Below, piece by piece: positions 38,030 through 51,300 of a stretch of 64,000 nt of DNA. Made by a program: the position numbers and the translations under genes. Source of the DNA: Lama glama (lineage: Eukaryota). The notes below the pieces were generated by a model. It was not told the origin of the DNA and ran no database searches. It saw only the letters and a list, made by a program, of their open reading frames with translations. The stretch covers positions 52,020,001 through 52,084,000 of the forward strand of contig CM052817.1 in the NCBI GenBank assembly GCA_028534125.1, given 5' to 3'. Within the stretch, counting starts at the first letter, position 1, and each line of letters opens with the position of its first letter.

Positions 38030-39320
38030 ATTTTTTTCTTTTATAATTTAAGTATAATTGACATAACATTGTATTAGTTTCTGCTATAAAGGTAATGATT
38101 CTATATTTGTATCTATTTTGAAATGATCACCACAGTAAGTCTATTTAGTATCAGTCATCATTCATAGTTACAATTTTATTTTGTGGTGAGAAACTTTTAA
38201 GATGTCTTAGCAACATTCAAATAATACAATACAGTAGCATTAACTATAGTCATGCTGTACATGACATTCCAAATCGCTTATTTATTTTGTAACTAGAAAC
38301 TCATACCTTTTAACTGCCTTTACTCATTTTGCATCTCCTCCCCCACAAACACCAATCTGTTCTCTGTATCTATGAGTTTGTTTTTAGATTCCAAACATAA
38401 GGGAGATTATACAGTATTTGTCTTTCTCTCTAACTTATTACACTTGGGATAATGCCCTCAAGGTCCATCCATGCTGTCACAAATGGCAAGATTTCCTTCT
38501 TTTTTATTGCTAAATAATATTATGTATGTAATATATAATTATATATTATACATAAGACACATTTCTTTTTTAATTTCATTTTTTATTGAAGTGTAGTTGA
38601 TTTGCAATGTTAGTTTCAGGTGTACAGCAAAATGATTCAGTTATACGTATGCATACATATATAAACATATATTTTGGTTCTTTTCCATTATAGCTTATTA
38701 CAAGAAATTGAATATAGTTCCCTGTGCTATACAGTAGGTCCGTGTTATTTATCTATTTTATATATAGTAGTGTGTATCTGTTAATCCCAAACTCTTAATT
38801 TACCCCTCTCCTCCTTTCCTCTTTGGTAACTATACTTTGTTTTCTATGTCCATGAGTCTATTTTTAGTTGAATTATTACAAGTAAGTAAAATTTCTATCT
38901 TTTTTTAGATCCATATATAAGTGATATCATATAATCTTTGTCTTTCTCTCTGTGACTTACTTCACTTAATATGATAATCTTAATATGATAATCCCATTCA
39001 TATTGCTGCAAATGGCATTATTTCATTCTTTTTATGGCTGAGTGATATTCCATGGTATGTGTATACCACAACTTCCTTATTCAGTCATCTGTCTGTGGAC
39101 ATTTAGGTTGTTTCCATGTCCTGGCTACTGTAAATAGTGCATCTATGGATTTTGGGGTGCACATGTCTTTTTGAATTATAGTTTTCTCTGCATATATCAC
39201 ATTGTGCTTATGCACACATCCATTACTGGACAGTTAGGTTGTTTCCATGTCTTGGCTACTGTAAATAATGCTGCAGTGAACATGGGGGTGCATATATGTT
39301 TGAGTTAGTGTTCTCCATGG
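38030..39320 (-). mobile_element. L1 3' end (antisense) with a nested second L1
   Basis: T-tail then 'taagtataattgacataacattgtattagtttc'. ORF2-end motifs 'ggtccatccatgctgtcacaaatggcaagatttcc'. Resumes at ~39197 with 'ttaggttgtttccatgtcttggctactgtaaataatgctgc'. Confidence 0.9.
38566..39195 (-). mobile_element. Nested younger L1 3' end (antisense)
   Basis: 'ttttttattgaagtgtagttgatttgcaatgttagtttcaggtgtacagc' through 'gcaaatggcattatttcattctttttatggctgag'. Confidence 0.88.
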
Positions 39321-42300
39321 ACAAATAATGTTATAATTTACCTGATAATTCTGTTGACTCACTTTCCGGTATAAACTAAAAGAAATCCAAAACAAGTGTC
39401 AATATGTTTCAGCATTTCAGACTCAGCAATCAAGACAACTTTGATGTTTCTATAATTTATCTTATCTGCTTAGTAAACATATCAGTGTACTCATGAGTTC
39501 TATCCTGGTGGTAAGCTGCTATTGCTACCTGACAGACAGCGTTGTTTCTAAAATAGCCTTTTCCCTAGTATTTCTGAACTTTCATTGATCTAGACACCCA
39601 AGCACATTCCTCAATAAAAGCAGACATCTGTTAATTCAAGCATACTTTACAAATCTTGAATTGTTACAAGTTCCTTTACAATCCAGGAAGGCAACTGTGA
39701 TTTAATAGGGAATAAACCACACAGAATTATTTTTTTCCAAGGAAACCATGTAAAGTAGGAGGATAAATAAACTGGCAATGTGTTTTCATTTACTCAGTTG
39801 ATAACCTTGAAATAAACTAAAAATGTACCTTGCCAAATTGATCTAAACTCAGGAAATGTCATTGTATCACTGTGGTTATGAATCCCCTTCTCATGACATG
39901 ATATGACAATGATTGTGTGTCCCTGAAAATCTGCTTAATACAATAAGAAGAGAGATTACACTCCTCTATCTATTTAAAGGCTATTTCCTCAAAATTCTGT
40001 TTATTGGGAATTTTTTAATTTCTAAAATGCATTTATAATTTCAGTAAGAAGAAGCCATTCAGAACTCTTATTACAATGGGGAATTTTAACTCAATTTTTT
40101 GCTATTTTATGAGGCTAAAAATTAACTTTATATATCTTTCAAGTAGCCATTTTAAATCTGAAAATAGTTTTCAGATTTAATCTACACAATATATCTTAAG
40201 CCTGTATAATAGTCTGCTATGCCTAGAAGTTACATAATAAAGTTCCTTCATAAGAAATTATATCATAATTAATGGTACCAGAGTACTCTCAAGAAAATAA
40301 AACTAGATTTTACCAGTTTGATTTCTCTTTGTTAACAAATTGATAAATTTTATATTATTCTTTTTAGATAAATACATGGCTATTTTCTTTTTAATAATAT
40401 GTTTTTAAAATGCCACATTGGGAACAATGTGTATCTTATTACTTTAAAACATATAATAACTTCTACTTCTGGCTATATAAGGGCATAATTGCAATTTGTT
40501 TTTACTGTATTTTACAAAATTAAAATTGGTCCTTCATTACAGATCATTTGAGAGGCACATCTGTCTTTTACTGAGTCCAGATCAGAAGCAAGTTCAAATA
40601 GATTCTGCCCTGTTCCCTTCTTCTGGGGCTAAGCTTCTGCTTTGTGCACTGTTACACAAAAGGATGTCCAAGCCTCTCGACCTCTATTCTCTTGGCTTTG
40701 AGGATTCATTAAATTATTAATGCACTAAAACAAAATTTTCAGACACAACAAGGCATTCGTTGCTCTAAGCTGAACAATCAGTGGGCGGTTGGCTGGGTGC
40801 TGGTCAGAGGACAGTAAAAAATGTGCCTATTGGCCCTGAGTTTGTTTCCATACAAATTCATGGTATTTTGACCTGTCCAGCCACACCTGGTCTCCCACCT
40901 ATCTTGGTTCCCAAAGTTAAAGGGCTCAGTTTTCTATCTCCAGTTTCACAGAACTTGAATTTCCAAGGCTCTGGTGTCATTTCTCCTTCTTTTCTGTTAT
41001 TTCCTCAAACATTTATCTAATTTCTGCTTCTCGAAAAGTCTTTTAAAAAATATGCCTTTGACGCTTTTTCACAAGTACAGTATGCACAGCTGTAAGTATG
41101 TCTGCCTTTGTCATAGGTAACTCATATCTTACAAAGCATGGGGAAAAAAAGAGGTACATGAAGTACAATTAAAAAAAAGAAAGTGAGACCACGGAGAAGA
41201 GAAAAGTACACAGATTGATATTCTGGATATTATCCCCACCAAGGTTTTAATACTTTTAAATTTATTTTTACAAAAACTGTCTATTCTTATTTTATGTATT
41301 TGAACTGTAGTGAAGAAGGAAGCCAAGGGCAGAACACAGACAATACGTGTAGCGCCACTAACCAAACTCAGTTCTGTCTAACTTTACTCTTCCTTTACAC
41401 TGGACTCAGTGTTTTTTGGTCAATCCAACTCATCTCATTTACACCACGATAATGGAATATGTGAGTAAGTAATATTTTCATAGTTTTATTTGTTTTTTCT
41501 GTTTGGCAGCTAACGGGGATGACTGAAAGTTGTAGATGATCTGTTCAGAACAATTCTACTCCACAGAAAGCGATGTGTGTTAGTTACAAGATTAAGACTA
41601 GATTTGAAAAAACACCCTAAATAAATGAAATATACAGATAAATAAAACTACTGTATGGACTACTCGGACAAAAAGTTTATAGGGCTTCAAGTTTAAAAAG
41701 AACATTAGTCTGCGAATGATATTCACATAAATGAAGAAATTTGAAAGTAAGATAAATGGAGTAAGAATTTGCAAAGGGGTTAGGATGTGAGACAACATTA
41801 CAAACATTTGTTTTCCTATTTTATTAGAATAAAATGAATATTAAAACAATATAAATCAGATTAACATCTTAAGATGTCTATTTTTCTCTTATTTTCCACA
41901 TTTTACTGTGTTTTTTTTTCTTTGCAGTAAGAACTATATTGGATGGAAAGAATAAAATTTCATTCTACGTACTTTACCTTGGCCAAGTGCAAATGACTTA
42001 GAACAGTGTTTATCTTATTAATCTAAATAGCATTAGGGAGAAGAGAGAAATGAACAGAAGAGAAATGTAATTCTGACGTCTGAGTCTGCAAATGGAAATA
42101 CTTATCAAAGAATATAGTCTAACTGTGTGATCCTCTGAATAGAAATAAGAGAACAATGTGCATGATTTGTTAACTAGGTTTATTCTATGAAATGTAATAA
42201 TGTAATTGTCTGCTACATCAAATAGAAGTATGCTGATTTATTCACTTACTTAGTAACATTTGTGAAATATCCCAATTCTCTTTTATTTGTTTTTTATATT

Positions 42301-43789
42301 TTATTTTATTTTGATGGCATCAGTTCATATCCTAAAGGAAGAAAAAGGAAAAAGGAACATAAGAGATTTCTACAAATGATTTTAAAATTTTATTTTGGAC
42401 TTAAAAAATTTATTTATAAGAAAGCTAATTCCAATAAGGAACTGTTATAGTGTTTCTAATCTAAGTGTATGTTCATTGTCAACCACAGGACAAATAAACA
42501 TTTTTTAATGCAACATGGTATTTTAGAGTTGGGCATCCATAAAAGTTAAGCAATGTTATTTACATTGGGTTATGTTTCCAAATTGCGATCTGTCTGAGAC
42601 AACATGTAAGGAGCCCTCAGCAGTTCTTGACTGCAGTAAGCTCTGTGCAGGCAGCAAGCATATTTATATAGTTCACTGATGTATCACGGAAATAGATTCA
42701 TCATTACATTTACATGTCCGTGTATAAAGAAATTAATCTACTAGTTAAATTAATGATTCTAAAATACAACAAACAAAATGCCAACCTGCGTAAATAATAC
42801 CAGCTCCAAGCTAAAATCAGGAAATTTTATCTCTTGTTTTGCAAGTTTTGTTTATCTAAATATTTGCTTGGATAGGCTTTTTAAATTTTTGTTTCTTTTT
42901 CAATAACTAAGCAAGACTCTTTTCACAAGTCTTCATCCACTGGTCATCACTTTGCTAAACTACTTTACATATTGACTTATTTAAGAGTGAATTGGTTTGT
43001 AAACTCTGCTTTAGTTCTTTGATCTTTTGCTTACTGCTCTCTTCTGTCTTCACTGTCAAACAGAGATCAACCTTAACTTTTCCTAGGTTGTAATTCAAAG
43101 CCATCTTCTTGTATTTCAAGCCAACCACATATTAGACCTCAAAATTAGTACTGTACACTCTGTCATCTGATTTTATGTATCCATCTTCTGTCTGATATGT
43201 GTTCCATATCTCCATTTATTTCATGACAATTTATTTCTTAAAAAATGCCAAACAGTATTTTACTCTGAATGAATTAAAGTCATTTATTTTAAAATGGCAA
43301 TTGTATACAAAGCAGGTATTCAAATAATCCTAAAGGAGTTTCTTTAGAGGACTATTTTATGTAGAAGATTCACAGAAATGAACGGGGAGAAACATAGGGG
43401 CATGAGAGTAGGGGCAATGAAATTTTGACAAGGGAAGCAGATTTGGATCAATCTGACAAACTTCAGTTACTTCACAGATGGTCTATGACTGGCTCTGGAT
43501 ATGAAGTTATGGGTGTGTGTGTGTATTTAGGGGGCAATGAATGCATAAATCCATCTTTCTTGTCACCTATCAGAAAAAAACTTAACAATTAACCAAAAAA
43601 GAAGAAAACAACAGGTATATTGCATTTTATTCTTATGTCTGTCATAATTAAAAATGACAAACAATATGTATACCTTCTCTTACCTGTGGGTTAAGGTTTA
43701 AGTTTCTGAGGCCAGTAATTTTTGTGTAATATTTATGTAAAGTTTGTAAGACCTTTATTTGAAGGATAAAAATATAAACACTATTTAAG

Positions 43790-44480
43790 AGAGAAACTCT
43801 AGAAAAATCTCATGTATAAGAATTCCAAATAATTTGTGTAGATAGCTCTCTCTGAAGGAAGTAGAGCTTATCTTCCCACTCCAAAAGTATGGATTATGCA
43901 TTGTGATTTCCTTCCAAAGATTACAGTATGGAAAGTGGTGGGAGAATTAACATTTCGATAGAAAAATCTGACACACTATCTCAGCCAGGCAATCAAGGTC
44001 AGCTTCAACATTGATAAGTCATGTTGATAGTGTATATTCTTAATATGCTGTAATAAGAATGACACTTTTCCTATTGGTCTTCCTCAACAAAATCCATAAC
44101 CAGTTTAATTGTGAGAAAATCATCAAACAAGTCCCAATAACGGGATATTCTGCAAAATATTTAACCAGTATTCCTCAAACCTATTAAAGTCATCAAAAAT
44201 AAGAAATGTTTGCGAAATTGTCACAGTCAAGTGAGTCTTAGCTTTGAGACAGAATGACTAAATGCAGTGTGATATCCTGGATGGAATCTTGCTACAGAAA
44301 AATGATACTAGATAAAGCTAAGAAAATCTGAATAAATCATGGACATTAGTTAACAACAATTTATCAGTATTGGTCCTTTAATTATAACAAATGTTCTATA
44401 CTACCATAAGATGTTAATAATAGAAAAAATGGATGTGGCTAATTATTGTATAAAGTTAAAGCTATTCTAAATTAAATAGC
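43790..44480 (+). mobile_element. L1MC-type 3'UTR
   Basis: Shares motifs with 10190-11218: 'cattgtgatttccttccaaaga', 'cactatctcagccagg', 'ccagtattcctcaaacc'. Confidence 0.8.
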
Positions 44481-44724
44481 TTATTTTAAAAAAAGCAACA
44501 TCATTGTCAAAATGATAAATTACATATACATATTTATTAACTTCATTCATTAAAACGAGTAAATAGATATTGCTCTGAATTACATTCATGAAAATAGTTT
44601 TCAGTGATTTATCCTTATTGAGATCATTCAAATATTTATCAAATTAGAAATCTCTCTCTATATATTTATATCACATTTTCTAAAATATTCCACCATAAGT
44701 TAGATGTCAATGTATACAAACCAG

Positions 44725-45272
44725 TATTACTAAGTAGAAGAAGCCAATCTAAAAAGAATATACAGTATGATTCCAATTAGATGATTACTTCTGGGAAAGT
44801 CAAAACTATGGAGACAGTAAAATGATTAATGGCCCAGGATGTTGGGGGCTGGGAGGCAGAGAGGAATAAATAGACAGCACAGAGGACTTTTAGAGAGCAG
44901 TGAAAGTACTCTGTGTGATACTGTAGTGGTGGATCCATGTCATCCTACATTTGTCCAAACCCATAGAAAACACAATCCCAAGAGTGGACTGTAATGTAAA
45001 CTGGACTGTGGGTGATAATGAGGTGTCAGTGTAGATTCATGGATTGTAACAAATATACCACTGTGATGGGGAATGTCAGTAGTGAAGGAAACTGTTCTTG
45101 TGTGGGGATAGGCAGTATACAGGAAAGAAAGTCTGTTAAAACAAAACAAACAAGTAATCAGCACCAAGCCTGACCCCCCAGGTATGTATCTCCAGGGATA
45201 TATAGGAAATGTCTATACCTTCCTCTCAATTTTTCTGTGAACGTAAAACTGCTCTAAAAATAAAGTATTAAA
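44725..45272 (+). mobile_element. L1MC/MD 3' end
   Basis: 'aaaactatggagacagtaaaa', 'catttgtccaaacccatagaa' and 'ttttctgtgaacgtaaaactgctctaaaaataaag'. Confidence 0.85.
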
Positions 45273-45279
45273 ATGAGTA

Positions 45280-46250
45280 AATCTAAGCTTTATTGGGGAG
45301 AGTAGAGTTAGAGGATAGAAAGACTGGAGGGAGTATGGATAAAGAACAATTAATGGATTAATTCAATTAATGACTGAATTAATCATGGCCTGAACTGAAG
45401 GAACAGCTAGCCATGAGTTGAAGAGGAAAACAGAGTCAAGAGATCTGAAGACACTTGCATAGATTTAGTAAGTCACTGGCTCTCTCAATGTTTTATCCTC
45501 ACACTGAGAATAAAAGCCAAAGTCTTGACATAATTTACATAATCTTTAGTTCACCTTGTCCTTGCTAATATATCAGGTTCATCTAATATGTTCTCTAGCA
45601 CTCTGGTGATCCATCAATACTAATTTCCTCTCTGTTTACTGAATGTGCCCAAAGATGTGTGTATGTGCATTGGTTCTTTCTTCTTCCTGGACTAGACTCT
45701 CTTCCTTTATCTTTGCATAGCTGACTTCACCTGACAATGATCATTTCTTCTTTGATATCATCTCCTCAGGCCTTTCTTTAGCGATTCCTTACCCACCCTC
45801 TGTTCACACTATCACAGCACTCTTATTTTCTTCTTTGGAATTATCACAGTCTGAAATTATTTTGCTACTGATTGATTTATATGTTTATGAGTTCTTTACT
45901 TCACTAGAATGTAAGTCTGATAAGGACAGAAATATTTTATGTATGATAGGGTCTAGGAGGTACTCAGAAAGTATTCATTGATGGATGTATGGATCAGTGT
46001 AGAAGATTTAGCCAGAAAAAGAAGAGTCCAGAATGACTCTTAGACATTTGGCTTTAGCAACTGTTTGAATAGTTAAGCAATTCAGTTAAGTGATAAAGGA
46101 AGCTGAGTAGGTTTGTGGGAAAGAAAGATGAATTCAGTCTGAGATGTTTTTAGCTTGAGATATTTATAGAACAACAGAGAAGAGATGTGCATTTGACACT
46201 GTAGATTTTCCTGGTTCACAACAAAAGATTTAGGCTGGGGATACATTTGA
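45280..46250. mobile_element. L2 fragments (a sense copy ~45480-45990 nested in an antisense copy)
   Basis: 'gaataaaagccaaagtctt', 'cactagaatgtaagtctgataaggacaga' and 'gagtccagaatgactcttagacatttggctt' are L2 motifs. Confidence 0.65.
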
Positions 46251-46589
46251 ATAAGAACAGAAAATCATAATTTTCCATCAAAATTCAAGTTTGATTGCAT
46301 TAATCAGGGAAGTATAGTATCACCATATTAAATAAATTTCCTGTCTGTTAAGAAGGGATTTGAATTTGCATCCTAGAAACTAATAGTCAACAGGAAAAAC
46401 ATTAGTGTGCTAGGGCCTCATTAAATTTTTATTTGATATTCTCAGAACAAGTTATCTTGTGTTTTTTTTAATTTTCATTGAATTGTAATTCATTTATTTT
46501 CCCTCTTTTATTGTCATAAAAACTGAGTGAATTAGTAAGTCCATAGTCCCTCAAGGTCTTTCCTGTGATATGACATTATATAGAAGATA

Positions 46590-47182
46590 CTCAATCCATT
46601 TTTTAGAAGAAAATATGATAAGTATTCCTTGGAATATTTGGGGATTGAGCTTCATCAGGATTAATTCAACTTTGCAGAGCTAGCAAATGGCTGAGCTGTG
46701 ATTTGAAATACAATATATCTGATTTCAAAGACTATCTTCTGAGCACTATGCCATACTGTCTCCCTTGTCAAACTTATTTTCACTGCAATAACCTTTAAAT
46801 CCATCCAACAAATATTAATTGATTGCTTACTAGGTGCTAGGCACTCTGTTAGAGCTTGGGATACATAGATTAACTAAACAGACAAATATTCTTCCTCTCA
46901 TGGTTCTTATATGTTAATGATGAGCAAAGCCATTAAGAATAATTAATACATAAATTAGGTAGATTATTATAAGGTGGCGATTGCTATAAAGGAAGAGGTT
47001 TAGGTAAGGGGAGTATGGATGCTAGGATAGAGGTAGGAGTCATAATTTTAAATAAAAACATCAGGATAGACCTCACGAGAAAGTGACATTTAAGCAACAA
47101 CTTGATGGGAATGAATGAATAGCAATGAAACTATCTGGGAGAAAAGTGTTTCTGGACAAAAGAATACTAAGTGCATATGCCC
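46590..47182. mobile_element. MIR followed by an antisense L2 3' end
   Basis: MIR: 'cagagctagcaaatggctgagctgtgatttgaa'. L2: 'ccatccaacaaatattaattgattgcttactaggtgctaggcactctgtt'. Confidence 0.7.
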
Positions 47183-47590
47183 TGTATAAATCAAAATCCT
47201 AACAGAGAATACATGGTTCACTCAAAATGGGTAACTGGAGAAGAGTTTAATAAAGGGACTGTTTACAAGTGTGTGGACAGGGTGTAATGAAGCCACAAGG
47301 ACAAGAAGAGCATCCCAGGGCTAGTGACAGAATGAGGGGATGAGAGAGCAGTTAAGTGAGACAAAGAAAGCAATGAAGAAAGATCATGGCCTCACAGGAG
47401 TTCCAGGAGCCTTTGTTTGAGGAACTCAGCCCACTTGCATTGATCCCACAGGGAAGAAGGCCAGGGTAAAATCATGTGGACCTCTACCTTCTTTCTTTTT
47501 GATCCTCTCTCGGTGATCCCCGTTGGCTGAACAGACAAAGGTGGAGAAATGCGAAGAGAGGCTCTAGATAGGCAAACCAAGTTCTCTAGT
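47183..47590 (-). mobile_element. ERVL/MaLR-type LTR
   Basis: 'catggttcactcaaaatgggtaactggagaagagtttaataaagggactgtttacaag' is typical of an antisense old LTR. Confidence 0.55.
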
Positions 47591-48045
47591 CCAGATCTTA
47601 AGGTTAAAAAATATGCCTTGTCTTTTCCAGCAACCATAAGCAGATTAAGCACATGGAGTGAGAGGGAGGGAGAGTGGTAGGAAAAGAAGGTGATGGATGC
47701 AATAGATGGGAGGCAGGACATATCAAGGAAAGAGGCAGTTTTATTTTCAACTGAAATTTCAGTTTGAAATTATGTGTGTACATGTAGCCCTTAGTTTACT
47801 TTCTGAAATTTCCAAACATCCTTACTAATTTTATACTTCACATTAAAAAGTTTATTTCCTCATTTGGAAGAATTTCCAGAACTTAGTAGCTCTTTGAATA
47901 GAGAGCCAGAAATTTTCTAAAAAGGAAGATAACTAATTTAATATTAAAAATCAACATTGCACTTTGTTTAAGACTCTGGGTCTCTAGCACAAGCTGACTT
48001 ATGTTGCAATCTGTAGTTTTTACTTTCATATTGTGTGATTTACAG

Positions 48046-48382
48046 TGTTGACTTAAAACAGACTGCCAGTTTTTTCTCCAGTAAAAAAAAATACATTTAT
48101 TTAGGATCAGCAGATAATTGCAATTTGGGGTATGCAACCATGGTGAGCTACATGCAAGTCCCCAGCAAAAATGGTGAGAAAACTCTTATATAGGGGAAAA
48201 GGAAGTTGGGAGGGCTTTAGAAAACAGAGTCCATAGCTTCCTATTGGCTGAGTCTTTGCCAGGAAAGAAGAGGAGACTTTCTTCTTCCTGTTGGGCTCTT
48301 GTGGAGTCACAGGGCATGAGAGATCCCCCTTCTGGTCTCCTGACTCTATTTAATTGAGATTTATGTTTGTTAACTTTTTACA
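48046..48382 (-). mobile_element. ERV1-type solo LTR interrupting a MIR
   Basis: TG...CA termini. Antisense AATAAA (tttatt ~48106), TATA (~48187) and CCAAT (attgg ~48243) appear in LTR order. MIR-like sequence lies on both sides. Confidence 0.75.
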
Positions 48383-51300
48383 TTATATAATGTAACCTTT
48401 CTAAGCAGCAATTTTATTATCTAAAAATTAACAATAATAATAGAAAATTCTTTACAATGCTGCTGTGAAGATTGCATGGGTTAGCATAAATATAAAACAG
48501 TTATTGTAATTCCTAGCACATTCCTAGAAGTCTAAAGACATTAGTTTGTAGACTGAAATATGTTGCTTAATCTTCCTCCAGAGCTCCACCTAGTACCTGT
48601 CAGAAATCTAAGAATAACTCAAGGAAGGCAGATCTTCACCCATGCTGTACCTAGTAGTGCATGTTGAGATTCAAAGTAGACTAGAGAGCCGCTTATCTTC
48701 CAGACATTTTTCTAAATATTTTACAACATGGTTGAAGTGCAAGAACAGCTAGAATGAAAGAAAAGAGATGGTGAGTAAACTATAGTTTCATCCAAGCTAC
48801 GTGGTAATTAAAACAATTCAAATGTAAGCAAGTTCTCATTAGCATGTGCCCTTAAGAACTACTGAGTTTTGTCCCAAATCCTGGTCTATATAATTTGGGA
48901 TTTCCTCTATTCAAGGATAAAGTTATAAAGTTTGTAAAATGAAGTGTTGGAAACTCCATATACATGGGGCTACTCATTTAACTGGGGATTGTCTCTCTCT
49001 GTTCTATTGTTTTGTCAATTAAGAACCTAAGAGCCTTTGAAGTATTCCGTTCTGACAACTAGTTTTGACATAGAGCTGCCAGGCATCATCCATCCCAATA
49101 AGAAGTGACAGTCCTAAGATTAAACTATCATTTCCTTATGAAGATTGTGAAGGTGCATTTACTTACAATTAGTATGCATTGCTTTGACGGACCAGACATT
49201 TGCTGCACTCTTTCAAATAAAAAGACTAATTAGCTACAAATTAATATTTATAAGGCAATCTAGTGCCTGAATTTGGCTATACATATAGAAAGATGATTCC
49301 AAAAAGAAAAACAATAAACTAGGGTTATCTGTCTTTCTGGGGTTAAAAAAAAGTTTAAAGTAAGATCTGATCTGTTATCTCTTTCCTGGTTTGAAATATT
49401 TTATTTTAAGCTTTTAAATCTTTATTTAGGGAATGTTCTTTTGACCAATACAGATTTTTCTATGTAGACAGATGGTTGCATTGGCTGACTATGTATGTCT
49501 TAATTAAAAAGCATTGCCCTGAGTGAAGTGCTGAATATATTCCGTTTGGAAACGGAAGCTATATTTGAATTTTATCCAGCCCTAAAGTAGATAGGTAGGT
49601 AGGTAGATAGATAGATAACAAGAAATATCATTTAGAAGGTGCCTCCAAAACCAAGTGGAACCTTAAATATGCTGTAGTAGAATCTAAAGAAATGCATAAT
49701 AGCTCCATTAACAATGGATTAGAGAAAAACTTTACATAGTCTACCTTTTCTTTGTTATTATAAACGTATATACAGTATTACAAAATCTAGTAACATCTTT
49801 TCAGTCTCAATATGTCCTACCATAATCACCCTATTTAGTGCAGCAGTTAGCTCCCTACTACAAGCTCCTAGAGCCTTCTAGCTCCATATACTACTTCTTA
49901 TTTTTTCCAAAACATGGTTGAAATCTTAAGTGTATTTTGCCATTTGTATACATAATGTAAGGCATTCAAGTCAACACAGGTAAGCTGTCTTCGACATTGA
50001 GTAAAAAATCCATCATAGAACTCTGCATACCCTCTGGAATTCTTCTAGACTGTGAGTTATTTTTAGTATCTTCCACACCTTTTGCTCCCTCTGTCCCCAA
50101 ACCACTGACCTCCTCCCTTCAGCGTGACCCTCTGGGCTTCACAGTGCAGTATTTATAAGCCACCTCCAATAAATTAATAGTTGAATGTAACAATAGTAAT
50201 ACAGCACAGCACTAATAGTTACTAAGAATACATTCCAAAACCTTCAAAAAGATGATCTTTTTCTTGGAACTCTCTTCATTTCCACCATGACCACCACCCA
50301 GAAGCTTTCTTTTTAAGGCGTGTTTTACACAATGGTAATGCACTCAAGATGATGGCAGAGATACAGTGAGGATTGTTTCCTCTAGGCATTGCAGTCTTGA
50401 AAGCAGAGAAGATACCAGTTTTTGCTCACCATTTTACTTCTCTCATATCATATGCTGCTTGCAGATGGTGTATAGAGTAAATGCATCCTAGGAAATTTAT
50501 TTGGCTCTATACATTAGCTAGGTTAGTGGTTCAAGTAGTCACCTCTGTGGTATTACCAATGTAAAATCATGCCATGCTCTTTCGGGACTGCAGTGGATAG
50601 TCCAATTCATAGACATCAAATACACAAAACCTGTAGACCTAGTTTAGTTGACATATATAACATATTCATATATGTTAATGTGTAACTTAATTGTCAGTCA
50701 TATCTAAAGACACACCCTAGTCCTTTTTATTCCTTGTCAAGGAATAAAAAGAAAAGGAAAGAAAAGAAACAGCAACAAACACTCCCAAGACGTGTTTTCT
50801 TTCCAAGCCCAGCTATTGAAAGGAAGTATTTAATTCCACTGAACATGAACATGATGAGTTCAAGTAACTGTCTCCAACAGCATATTCAATCCTTTTACAC
50901 GTACACCTTGGGGGGATTCCAGCCCATCTTTAATTAATTTAATTAGAAACAATTTTGTCAATTAACCTGATAAAATGGAGCTACCTATGGGCTGTCTGCT
51001 TATGTGCTCAAGAGCCCTGCTGCCTGGCTCCTGCCTTTTGAAAAACCAACTGCTAATTATTTGCCAAATTTGCAGGCAGTGCTTTTGTCAAGGGTAGTGT
51101 ATTTGTTGAAGCTGTAACATGTTTTCAGCTGACGTTCAGAAATCTAGCATTTCTTGTCGAGCTGTATCTGTTGTATGTTGTAACCTCTGCATGTCTTCAT
51201 TTTCGCATGCTCATGAGAAGTGTTCGACTGGGTATATTGTGTCAGTAACATTTTCTATGGTTAATTAGAAGAACTAATAAATATCAGTCCTACCATGTTA

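Noticed and set aside
41311..41460. Possible + strand exon ending at GTGAGTAAGT
   Set aside because: Weak acceptor, stop codons in all three frames and no recognisable peptide.
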